A stretch of 63,994 nt of DNA, the filler included, from Reticulomyxa filosa (Eukaryota; Protista; Foraminifera): the NCBI GenBank assembly GCA_000512085.1. It is 18 parts of 18 records of this genome, joined end to end, with 100 filler letters (N's around TTAATTAATTAA, not from the genome) between each part and the next. Parts side by side here need not be neighbours in the genome. Positions count along the whole stretch, not along the records: positions 24,969 to 31,815 come from ASPP01027987.1; positions 31,916 to 33,567 come from ASPP01036126.1; positions 33,668 to 37,502 come from ASPP01022311.1; positions 37,603 to 44,004 come from ASPP01045420.1; 14 more parts are not named here. One strand, written 5' to 3'. The notes beneath the pieces are model-generated. The model had not been told where the DNA came from, searched no databases, and was given only the letters and a program-made list of their open reading frames with translations. Every line of letters starts with the position of its first letter. Within the stretch, counting starts at the first letter, position 1. Made by a program: the position numbers and the translations under genes. Positions 27,587 through 38,371 of this stretch are shown one piece after another.

Positions 27587-28424
27587 AACTAAAAAGTCAT
27601 ATTTCAACACAATACAGGTGTTATCATTATTACCAGCAATATGGGAATTGAAGGATGCAGAAAAAGAAGTAGAAACCAAAGTGAAATCGGGATACACAAA
27701 GAATGATTGATTAAAATTTCGCATTTACGGGAGATATTCTCTTTTTTTGTTCTTCAACACAAAAACGGGATAAACTTTCAAAATTTTTTCTTGCAGCTTC
27801 AGCAAACAAAAGTTTTATTCAATGTGTCGTTACCTTGAATCTAAACATAAATCACATGAATTAAAACAGCCGTAGATTGTGACTCTCAAAAATTTTGAGA
27901 AAATAAACATTGAAGTGATTTATTTTCGAGTTCACCCGTTTTTTATATTGAAATTGTTTTAATACGTAACCTCTGCCTATTAAAATAGGGTGTCCGATAG
28001 GCCTTTATACTTATGCTCTACTGAAAATGATAGAAAATACCAAATTTCGGTCAACAAAAATTGAAAAACTTGACAACTGTCCAGCAGATGGCCAAAAGCG
28101 AGTAATGAATTCGCTGATGTTTTAAAATTTTATTGAATCTGTGTTTATAATAAATTCTTCGGAGTATGAATAGCATAAATGAAGCAAAGAATTGAGTATT
28201 TCTCATTTAATTTTAAATCCAAATTACATTTTCAATGCTTGTTTCTCTTATTAAAAAGTGAAAAATCATACCGACAAATAGTGGATACACTATTCCTTGT
28301 GGGATGTTTTTCTTATCTTCAAGAGGGCTCTAAAAAAAGTTCATTTCAATTCAATAAACTCAAAGATGAACTAACCAACAAACGAACAAAATAAACCAAT
28401 CAACCAAAAATGTTTTGTCTTATT

Positions 28425-29150
28425 TTAGGATGTCTTTGTTTTGGCGGCTTTGGATGACTTTTGTGAGCCACCCAGCATCATACGCCCAAAAACATTGAAT
28501 AGAATCAAACCAACTGTCATCACGATCGGACCATATTTAGTCAAAAAGCTCTTTTCAATAATTTTATTGTTTTTGCCACTCCAAACTGTGAACATGTTTT
28601 TTTCGTTGCCTACAAGCGTCAGAGAAAACACTGCTCCAGTTCCACCAGGAAGTTCGCTCAGAGTTAATTGATATTTTCGTGGAGTTTGTTCGTTTTGGTT
28701 TTTTGCATCATCTTCATTTCCCAGTTTCCCATCAAACCAAAATCCGTGAGTGAGTAACTGGCCATTGGACATTTCAATAAATTCAAAGGACGTCACTGTA
28801 GTCAAGTCATAAGGGGAAGGACCAACCGACATTTGGCCTCTCAAATTATCGTTGAAATCTATTCTCAGGTACTTTTCCTCGGTCGTCGTGTTTGTTACCG
28901 TTTCATTGACAAGCCATTTTCCAAACAAACTAGCTTTTTTATTCGTCGTAGACGCTGTGTCCGCGTCTTTTTGGAGCGTCCATTGTTGTACAATCAATTT
29001 GTCGCAAAGATTACTAAAAGGACCTTGTGCATTTTCTGGCTCTGCCGTGCATTCGTGTATAATCCACGTACCTTCAAATAAGCTTGGCACATCAACTGCA
29101 AACACTAGCCAATTTAAACACCAAAAAGTGATTAAAACTTGAAAAAGCAT
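28425..29150 (-). CDS. Type I ER membrane protein, EMC10-like C-terminus
   Basis: Signal peptide MLFQVLITFWCLNWLVFA, beta-rich ectodomain, EKSFLTKYG before a single TM helix, and a C-terminal KTKTS matching the KxKxx ER-retrieval motif. Confidence 0.65.
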   Translation of the reverse strand: MLFQVLITFWCLNWLVFAVDVPSLFEGTWIIHECTAEPENAQGPFSNLCDKLIVQQWTLQKDADTASTTNKKASLFGKWLVNETVTNTTTEEKYLRIDFNDNLRGQMSVGPSPYDLTTVTSFEFIEMSNGQLLTHGFWFDGKLGNEDDAKNQNEQTPRKYQLTLSELPGGTGAVFSLTLVGNEKNMFTVWSGKNNKIIEKSFLTKYGPIVMTVGLILFNVFGRMMLGGSQKSSKAAKTKTS

Positions 29151-29705
29151 GATGGATATTGTTTTTGAAAAATGAGGACAATTTCTGCCAATTTTTTTTT
29201 GACTAGTTTTAAGGTCAGCTCCTTGCACAAGAAGCACAGCCGCCATGCCTTACAATCATTTTTTTAGGAAAAATATACGAATTCCAATGTGAAACTAATA
29301 GTTAAAATATTCTTGTGACGTTACAAGTGTTATTCTTTTGTGATGATATTTTCAAATTGTTGATTGGTAGTGAAAGAAAGTTTTTATTTTGATAAAGTTA
29401 GACGAATTTCAATTGAGCATATTCTGAAAAAAGCATTAGTAAACCTTGTAACTAAGACCCATGAGGAATCCTTCGATGTTGACAACTAAGAGAGACCTTG
29501 CATTTGCAAAAAGAGCTTATTTGTTAGCATTTCATAATTTGCTTCAGCTGCAAAAAAAAAGCTGTCCTTTCCACTGCTGACTTTGCCTCAATATCCAAAT
29601 CAAGTGATAAAAAAGTGTACTTGACACATTGAAAAACTTTTGATACGCAAAGACCAAAGGATCACAAACAAATAAACAAACAAAAAGAAAACCACAAACT
29701 CTTGA

Positions 29706-31760
29706 TCACTGCAAATCACTGGGGTCACTGAGGTTGCCCGAATTTTCTTTTGCAGTTTTTTGGTATTCATATTCTTCATTACTAACATCCTGTCCCAGCA
29801 ACACCGGCGACTGTTTGAGCGCTTTTTTTTGCACTTTTGTCTGTTTGACACGAGTTGCGGCTTTACCAATACTGAACTGTTCGTTTACATTTGCAGTATT
29901 CAGCGGTGAGTATGGAGCAGCTCGGGCTTCTCCGTCTGTAAGTAGTGATCCATAGTTACTTTTGCTCGCGGCCAGAGTCGTGGCACTGCTCGTGCTGCCC
30001 ATGGAAGGCGTGATTCCAACGAGATTTTCCTCATACTGATCGTGGATTTGTTTAACTTGGTCCAGATGGTCGGATGGTTTTTTCCAGTACCAATACACAA
30101 ATGAAAGCGCACACCAGCTCGCATATGCTGCAGCTAGTCCGAGCCATATACCATACAATCTCCATTCCCAGTAATAAGCTGTAACAACGGCGGTTACCAA
30201 ACCTACCTGCAAAAGCATTTCATTCAATTCGGTACAACATATATTTAATGCAGTCCCATGATGAAAAAGGAGGGGGGGGGGAGGGAGAAAAAAATAAAAT
30301 TATGTGTATAAATATATGTATTTCCATCCCTCTTCTCCCCTCTTTCTCTTTGTCTTACCAAATAATATCCTGTTAGCATGAAAAGGCCTCCTTGAGCTAA
30401 TTTAGCCACGCTGACAAACATGCCCAAAAAACACATGGCAATAGAATAACCAAAGACACACAGAGTGAACAATGGCAAAATCTCGTCCGAGGTGCTACGC
30501 ACTTGACGAATGAAATGATCCGTGTTTTCGTTCGCAAAATTCAGTGATAGGAATATCTTAAGTAAATTATCACGAAACGCAATTGTTATTACAATCAACA
30601 CTATACTGTACGCCAACACTGAACACATTGCCTGCTTTAGGGTAAAACTTATTTGTAATTCCACCAAACACACACACACATATATGCCCACATATAAAAG
30701 TAATAATAAATTTTTTTTTAAAAAAAAAAAAAAAAAAACTTTTTAGCTTACTGTGCAAGATCAAAGAGCGTTCTCGAATATACGAAGTACACAGCGCTGA
30801 CATTCCTACAGAAATTCCCAGTGTTGGCATTTGAAAGACAATTAATAGACTATTCCAGCAGCCATGAACAAAGAAGACAACCAAAGTGCTGGTGCTTTCA
30901 TAGCGCAAGGTACCAACCAGGAATGTGAATGTCTCCACTGCCCACCATTCCAAGCACGAAATGCTTCCGGCTAACCACATATGTTGAACATATTTATGGA
31001 AACTGGGCAGTTCCGAAACTTGACTGGTCATTCCTGCGCGCATTGATTGAGACTGGCCATTATTCGCTGTCATTTTTTTCTGCTCCGGGGTTAACAGTCT
31101 GTGAGTCGAATTTTCTGCTCCTCCTTTATTGTCACTCGTATCTGCTGCTCCGTAACGAGGCTTCAATTCTTGAATGTCATTATTCACGGGAATCGGATAT
31201 GACTTCAATGGAATCATTACTCGTCGAGACGATGCTTTTTGATTCACATGAGTTTATTATTACGTATATGTATATATATATATTTATATTTTTTTTTTTT
31301 TAATTATTCATTTTGCAAAAGTATCGCGCACAACAAATACAAATTACAAATGCAAGGGAGTTTATGTCACACAATTATACAGTATAAATTATAAATTGTG
31401 ATTATATTCACATTACAACTATTAAAAAAAAAAAAAAATTGTTTTAAGTTATTTTTAAAATACAAAACGCTTGGAAGAGTTGTAAATTAAGTTACAAAAG
31501 CGGAAAATATTCCTTTTTTTGGACAATTGCCACAATGCCAAAAGCAATAAAATAAACATCGAAGTGGAATCGGAAATGACAAATGCATATAATTCCAACT
31601 TTCTGACAGACCAATACAGGACCAATGATAGGAATACATGCAGCACAAGGCGGGAACACATTAAAAAAATAATCAACGACACTCTCAAATGTCTAAATAA
31701 TGATTTACGTACCATTGAAAACGTCACATAACATAACGCATAAGGAATCAAAAGTTGTAT
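29706..31760 (-). CDS. MATE (multidrug and toxic compound extrusion) transporter, 3' part, spliced
   Basis: SCLEWWAVETFTFLVG, FQMPTLGISVGMS, YYLV, LYGIWLGL are eukaryotic MATE motifs. Confidence 0.85.
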
Positions 31761-31771
31761 GCAATTGCTTG

Positions 31772-31805
<34 letters not shown>

Positions 31806-31915
31806 TTTTTGGGGGNNNNNNNNNNNNNNNNNNNNNNNNNNNNNNNNNNNNNNNNNNNNTTAATTAATTAANNNNNNNNNNNNNNNNNNNNNNNNNNNNN
31901 NNNNNNNNNNNNNNN

Positions 31916-33567
31916 CTAATTCAACCCAATCTCTGACGATATAATCACGAGCTGTTGAATAGTAAGGGTCATTTTAGTGATTTTTCTGTTCGCCCAGCTG
32001 CACAAAATTCTCAAAATTCGTTATTATTGTCATCGGTTGTGATCTTGACACACAGCCATCGCTGTAGCGTTTCTACCACTGGTTGCAATTGTAGGCCATG
32101 TTTTTCTTTTCGAGGATCTCTTTTTTCGTTACATATCTTGACTTTAAAACCAATTGCAAACTTTGTCGACGCTCATTAAGTTTATTTCTTTCCATTGTCG
32201 GAGAGTCCTTTTTTTTTTTTTAATTGTATCTTTTTTGATAAGAGATCAGAGCTTCAGAAAAAAAAAAGGGTGTGTTTTTGATAGATTATTGTATACGTTG
32301 TTTCCCCCCCCCCCCTTAGTGAGACATAATTTTTTTTTTTTTTTGCGTAGGTGATAAAAAAAGTAGTTTGTTAATCCGATCCCCACCCTTGGAATGTTCA
32401 GAAAGTATAATTTTGCTGCAATAGTAACAAGTCGCTTTTTTTAGGTACTACATTTCAAACATCATCGTATTGATTGTGAATACCTTTACCTGTGATTTTT
32501 CCTCTGTTTTCTTGTAATTGGTATCAGAAATTTTTCCATTGATGATAATTCCAAAAAAAGAGGAACTTTTCAACTTCATCCCAAATTTAATCATTACCAA
32601 TGTCTTGTTTTTCAGAATCTTTTTTTATAAGATAACGAGAGTGTTCTGTATAGTCAAAGTATTAAAATGTTGATTTAAAATGAGTTTCGATCACAATAAA
32701 GTGATAAAATAAATAAATAAAAACATGACCCTGCTAAACAAATTGAATGAAACAACAACAAAAAATTGATGTCCTCACTTGATTGTAAAGATAGATGTAC
32801 AATGTCAATTTGAATGTTGCCAATGTCAGGAGAGATCACAATAGATAAGCGTATTTGTTTGTAAACCTAATGCACTCAAAACAATAACGTCATTCGAAAA
32901 AAAAGTGTTATCATCACGGCTCATTGATTATTTTCTTTCTTTTTCGGCAATTGTTGCACTTTGCAAAGGAGAGAATTGGCGAAGAAACTCTCAAGAGCGA
33001 GTTCCATGTTGTAGAAGTTTACTTTGTTAGGTTGTTTGAAGAGAAGAGCCAAAAGCGCGGTCGTAATGTCCAAGAGAATTTTTTCTGAAAAAAAAGGGAA
33101 AACTTTTTCTACTCAACAGAAAAACCATTACTTAAAGAAAAATAATGATTCATTCCAAAAAAAAAACAATTTTAATTTTCAATTTTCTGTAATTAATTCG
33201 TTTTTTTGAATCACAATTGTAGAAATACAATACAAAAAATTTTAACCTTTTTTTTTATATTTTTTTTGTCAAAATTCAAACAAAATTTGTAAATTTTCAT
33301 CTTTTTTTGTAATATTTATAACTTTTGAATTTACATTATAATGAAAAAAAAAGGTCTTTTTTTTTTTTTTTTTGATTGTCTCTCGCTAGCACTCTCGTAC
33401 CAGCTCGTAATTAGGGTGATTGCACCCTCTTTCACTGGTATCTCTTTTTGCTTTTGTTTTTTTATATTTTTCAACTCAAAAAACAAAAGTGGTTTGCTTT
33501 TGAACAGCCTTCCACTTTTTTTTAAAAAAATGGCATTTTTTATCGGATGCTGTGCATCCTTCAACAA
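31916..33567 (-). pseudogene. Disrupted fragment of a large alpha-helical protein
   Basis: Protein-like segments with in-frame stops, e.g. SRSQPMTIITNFENFVQLGEQKNH*NDPYYSTARDYIVRDWVEL and DIGND*IWDEVEKFLFFWNYHQWKNF. Confidence 0.3.
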
Positions 33568-33758
33568 NNNNNNNNNNNNNNNNNNNNNNNNNNNNNNNNN
33601 NNNNNNNNNNNTTAATTAATTAANNNNNNNNNNNNNNNNNNNNNNNNNNNNNNNNNNNNNNNNNNNNAAAAAAAAAAAAAAAAAAGTTTTCTTTCGACGT
33701 CAAATATTTTATTTTATTTTTTGAAATAATACCTGTTTGTAATAAAAAACTTGAATAG

Positions 33759-36171
33759 CCTTTCCAACATTGATTCCATCTCGAACTCCAACAAAAGTAC
33801 CAACGACAACGAAAAAACCAACAACGAAAGCACCAACGACAAAAAATCCAACGAAAAGGCCAACAGAGTATCCGTCTCCACGACCTACACGTCCTCCAAC
33901 ACGTCACCCAACAAGACATCCAAGTCAACCACCAACAAGACATCCAACAAGACATCCAAGTCAACCACCAACAAGACATCCAACAAGACACCCAACAAGA
34001 CATCCAACGAAATATCCTACAAAGCCGCCCACGAGACACCCAACGCGATCGCCCTCAAGACATCCGACGCGTCATCCAACGCAGCCGCCGACGAGACACC
34101 CAACCGGTCATCCAACGAAGCCTCCGACAAGACATCCAACTCAATCGCCAACAAGACACCCAACCGGTCATCCGACGAAGCCTCCGACAAGACATCCAAC
34201 TCAACCACCAACAAGACATCCTACTACATACCCAACGAAGCCACCATCACGTCATCCAACGCGATCACCGACACGACATCCGACCCGTCATCCGACAGCG
34301 CATCCGACTCGTCACCCGACAAACCACCCCACAAAGTTTCCAACTCTCCACCCTACGCAACCACCTTCGCGCCATCCGACAGCGAACCCGACACGTCATC
34401 CCACGCGCGGTCCCACACGTAATCCCACACATAGTCCCAGTCGAGCACCAACTCGACATCCGACCCGACACCCAACGCGTCATCCTACACGTAGTCCTAG
34501 TCGACCACCGACTCGACATCCGACTCAACATCCGACGCGTCATCCTACACGTAGTCCCAGTCGACCACCGACGCGACATCCGACTCAACACCCGACGCGT
34601 CATCCTACAGCACATCCAACGAAATCGCCCACACGCCATCCAACACGTCATCCCAGTCGATCGCCCAGTCGTCATCCAACGGCATCTCCTTCGCGCAGTC
34701 CCAGTCGTGCGCCCAGTCGTCATCCCACACGTCATCCCAGTCAGTCGCCCACTCGTCATCCGACGCGTCATCCGACTCGACATCCTACACAATCGCCCAC
34801 TCGTCATCCCACACATGTTCCGACACGACCTCCGACCAGACATCCAACGAAACATCCGACAGTGCCCCCTACGCGAGTCCCGACGAATCATCCTACCAAA
34901 CATCCTTCACGTAGTCCGAGTCGATCTCCAACCAAGACGCCCACCAGACCTCCGACTCGACATCCCACTCGACATCCAACTGGACATCCTACTCAACGTC
35001 CAACCAAACATCCCACCCAACACCCCACACGTTCGCCCAGTCATCATCCCACTGCACATCCTACCTTCTCTCCTGTCACACATCCTACGCGATCGCCTTC
35101 GCAATCTCCTTCTCGTCATCCTACGTACTCTCCCGTTACTCATCCCACACGCTCTCCTTCCGGGTCGCCCACTGCATATCCCACCATCTCTCCATTCACT
35201 AATCCGACTCGAACACCTACACACGTCCCCACCACCAAACGTCCCACCGTCCATCCCACCAAACTTCCAAGTCGACAACCCACGTTGCTTCCAACCAAAG
35301 TTCCCACTGCTTCTCCCACTGGAAGACCCACCAATCAACCGACCTTACGTCCTACCCATGTCCCTACTCTGCAACCGTCCAATGTCCCAACGCAACCGAC
35401 CCAGGCTCCTTCCGCTGCACCTACTGCTTCCAAACGCCAGAGCGCAAATGGAGGGGAACTGATCAAAGGCTTCAAAAATATATACGTCTACGCTGCCGGG
35501 GGTGGGGTTGTACTACTTTTGCTCATTTTCCTCATTAGTTGCATTATCTATCGAAAACATGCGAAAAAAGACGCTGAGCGGATCATTGACATGCCAGAAA
35601 ATAATAAAAAACCCTCATCTGCCTCGCGATTCACCAGCAGCTTCGCTGACGTTGACGAGGGCAACGTACAAAACGTGCATAAAAATCAGAAATGGTCATA
35701 CCTACGAAATTAGTGCCTGTGGGAACTGATATGAATGAAGACGGTCACTTTTTTTTTTTTTTTTTAATTTATAAAAATTTAAAAAAAAAAAAACTAAATG
35801 AACGTATACGTACTTTTTTTTTTTTATTTACTATTTGAACCTGATTTTTACGTTTGCGTGCTTGATAAAAACGTATATGGTAACATATAGGAGAAACCAA
35901 GCAGAAAACTGGGGAAGTAGCAGAGCATTCCAAAGATACAGACCATGAAGACGGATCCAAGGCAGAAACACCTGCAAAGGATCACGATGAGGAGTTTGAC
36001 CCAGCAAAACAACGAGAAAAAGAAATTGAAAAACCAGTCTTCCAACCTTTGTCAACTGACCACCTTGTTCAACCTCAAGCAACTGTCAACACCGGAGATG
36101 GAGAAAATATCACCAACCCAGAATTGGAAACACAAGGTCGAGATCGACTTTTGTCTGCATTCGATGTGTAA
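33759..36171 (+). CDS. Type I surface protein with long PT(R/H) tetrapeptide-repeat stalk (5' truncated)
   Basis: About 550 aa of xPTx repeats (PTRH, PSRS, PTQP), TM helix YVYAAGGGVVLLLLIFLISCIIY, basic stop-transfer RKH. The cytoplasmic tail continues after a 1-nt A-run indel (~35685) and an intron (35744-35890) to ...SAFDV*. Confidence 0.85.
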
Positions 36172-36844
36172 ATATCGAGATGGCACATTCTGATCAACAA
36201 CTCCTGCGTCTGTGTAATTTTTGATTTCACGCAAAAGAAAAAAAGAGTGTGAACAAAACGTGCGCTGCTTGTTTTTGTTATATTTTTTGTTTGTTTTTGT
36301 TTATTTTTGTGCGAGGTTGCTTTCCATGCTACACTCTTTGTATTTTCACCTGTACAACGATTTTTTTTGTTGCTTTTGGTAGTTCGTTTTTTTTGAACTG
36401 AGGAAAACAAATTTCGAATTCTGTTATAACAACGTTTATACGCCTTCTCTCGTAAAAAGAAGTACATTACGGTATTACGCATCGTCTGACTGCAACCGCT
36501 AAAACTCATTTGAGAGCATCTACGTACACTAGTACACGCTGCATACGTTGCAGCATTTTTTGTCTTTCATAAGGTTGCCAACAATCTTTCTTATTCAGAA
36601 ACATAAAAAAAGGGCTGTAGCGTTGAAAATAAAAAGCATAACTTCGAATTCCATTGTATTAGATTGCTTTCAACAATCAACATTGTTTTCATGCCTTTCA
36701 GAAAAGGATACACTTTGCAAAACAAGCATAATAATTAGAAGACTCACTGAACAAGTTTGGAAAAAGTTGAGCATTGTGAACGTGTGTACCCATATTTTTT
36801 GACATCAAGTAGTTTTCTCCCCTTAGCATTATCTTGTTCACGCA

Positions 36845-37425
36845 ATGTTACGAAAGGCAACCATTTTGAGTGTAGAAAACATTAGGACTCGTATAGTGGA
36901 GATATTCACAGCACATGACGCCGCACAAGTGGACAGTGTGGACGAGCTCATGAAAAAGTGGAAAGGAAAAGAAAACGATTTGTTAAAGTCATTATGTGAG
37001 AAATACAACGAACCTTGTTAAGCACAAAAAAATTGTACAATCAATCGAACCAAATGTCCTAGTAATTCAAATCTATTGTTTGATGGATGTTAACAGTTAC
37101 AAAGATGAAAGCGGTTGGAATAAAAGAGCAATACACAATCGGTTCCAAACTTGGCACGTTAAGTCAGCAAAGCTATACCAAACAAATAACAATAATAATA
37201 AAATTTGTAAAAAAAAAAAAAAGGGGTCATTGATTCAAAGCAATAAATGTCCGATAAAACAACGGATAACAAAAACATGAAAACATAGTGGCGGGTTTGC
37301 AATGGTGCGCAAGTGTAAAGATAAAACAACGAATCAAGTATTTGCTCTCAAAATAATTAACAAAAAAAATTTAGACAAGGACGACTTATCCTTATTAGAC
37401 AGAGAAGTTGCAATTATGCGACAAG
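36845..37425 (+). CDS. CAMK-group Ser/Thr kinase, 5' part, with small N-terminal helical domain
   Basis: Spliced: YTIGSKLGTGGFAMVRKC...FALKIINKKNL...LLDREVAIMRQ. Exon 1 encodes RIVEIFTAHDAAQVDSVDELMKKWKGKENDLLKSLCEKY. Confidence 0.88.
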
Positions 37426-37805
37426 TTAAACTTTTTTAATTACAACTCTATACATTGCATACATACTGTACACGACCACTATAAACAAATGACTCAAAAA
37501 AANNNNNNNNNNNNNNNNNNNNNNNNNNNNNNNNNNNNNNNNNNNNTTAATTAATTAANNNNNNNNNNNNNNNNNNNNNNNNNNNNNNNNNNNNNNNNNN
37601 NNAGATAAATGAATTGCAAGCACAGGGGTGAAATTCCGGTGAAAAATATTGATTTGGCACAGATTTAGACTGCAATCAGTTTTAAATGAGCCATAATGAT
37701 TTTAAATTTTTATAATTGAACTTTTTTTTTAATGATCTTTGTAACACATTTCCCAATCTAATATTGCTGATAAATTGTTTGTGCGTGCGTGTTTGAAAAA
37801 AAAAA

Positions 37806-38330
37806 GGTGTATGGGACTGAGACAGTAACGACAGTCAAGAGTTTACTGGCGAAATGAACACGAACTTATACTTTTTGTGCAATGATTTCGAAGGTTGGTT
37901 GAGGAACCCGCAAAAGAAGGCGTTTTGAAAGTCACTGAATCCAAGCTGATAGTGGATCATCCGTTTTGGGACTTTTTGGCAGGTGGGGTGGACATGTCGT
38001 TGATGGTCACCTTTGACTTCATTGGACCCAATGGCCACCCTTTACAAACTCAACGTTGCACTATTTGTCTACTCAGTGCTCGGAATACCAACAAGCCATT
38101 CGCATCATTGGCAATGTTGTGTCTTGCTATGATACCAATCAAAGCTTTACTGTGTGTGTATTTGTTAAGTGGAAAAAAATAGATCATATTTGGCATCTCT
38201 TTGACCTCACCTTTTTTTTTAAATTGTAGAGCGCAAAGATACCAGATGGAAAAGATCACATGACTTTGCACTGAACGGCATGAATTGAACCAGGAGGTTC
38301 ATTGCATTTATGGAATTGAATTCGCAAGCT
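37806..38330 (+). pseudogene. Copine pseudogene fragment (end of C2B plus start of vWA)
   Basis: WD*DSNDSQEFTGE; FWDFLAGGVDMSLMVTFDFIGPNGHP; after a frameshift TLHYL...EYQQAIRIIGNVVSCYDTNQ. Confidence 0.85.
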
Positions 38331-38371
38331 AATGACAAACGTGATATTGCCCAATTTGCATCGTTACGCGA

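Noticed and set aside
27984-28000. TAGGGTGTCC, resembling a mariner TIR start
   Set aside because: No matching inverted copy or transposase remnant found on the contig.
33620-35462. Long alternative-frame and antisense ORFs over the PT repeat (also over the coiled-coil gene at 22551-24760)
   Set aside because: Shadow ORFs caused by repetitive or biased codon usage.
37815-37830. TGA at a conserved Trp in copine, and TAG/TAA at Gln-like sites elsewhere, suggesting stop-codon reassignment
   Set aside because: These occur only in loci that also have frameshifts. Intact genes end with TGA (G-alpha), TAA (Alba, RING) and TAG (MIEAP-like) and have no internal stops.
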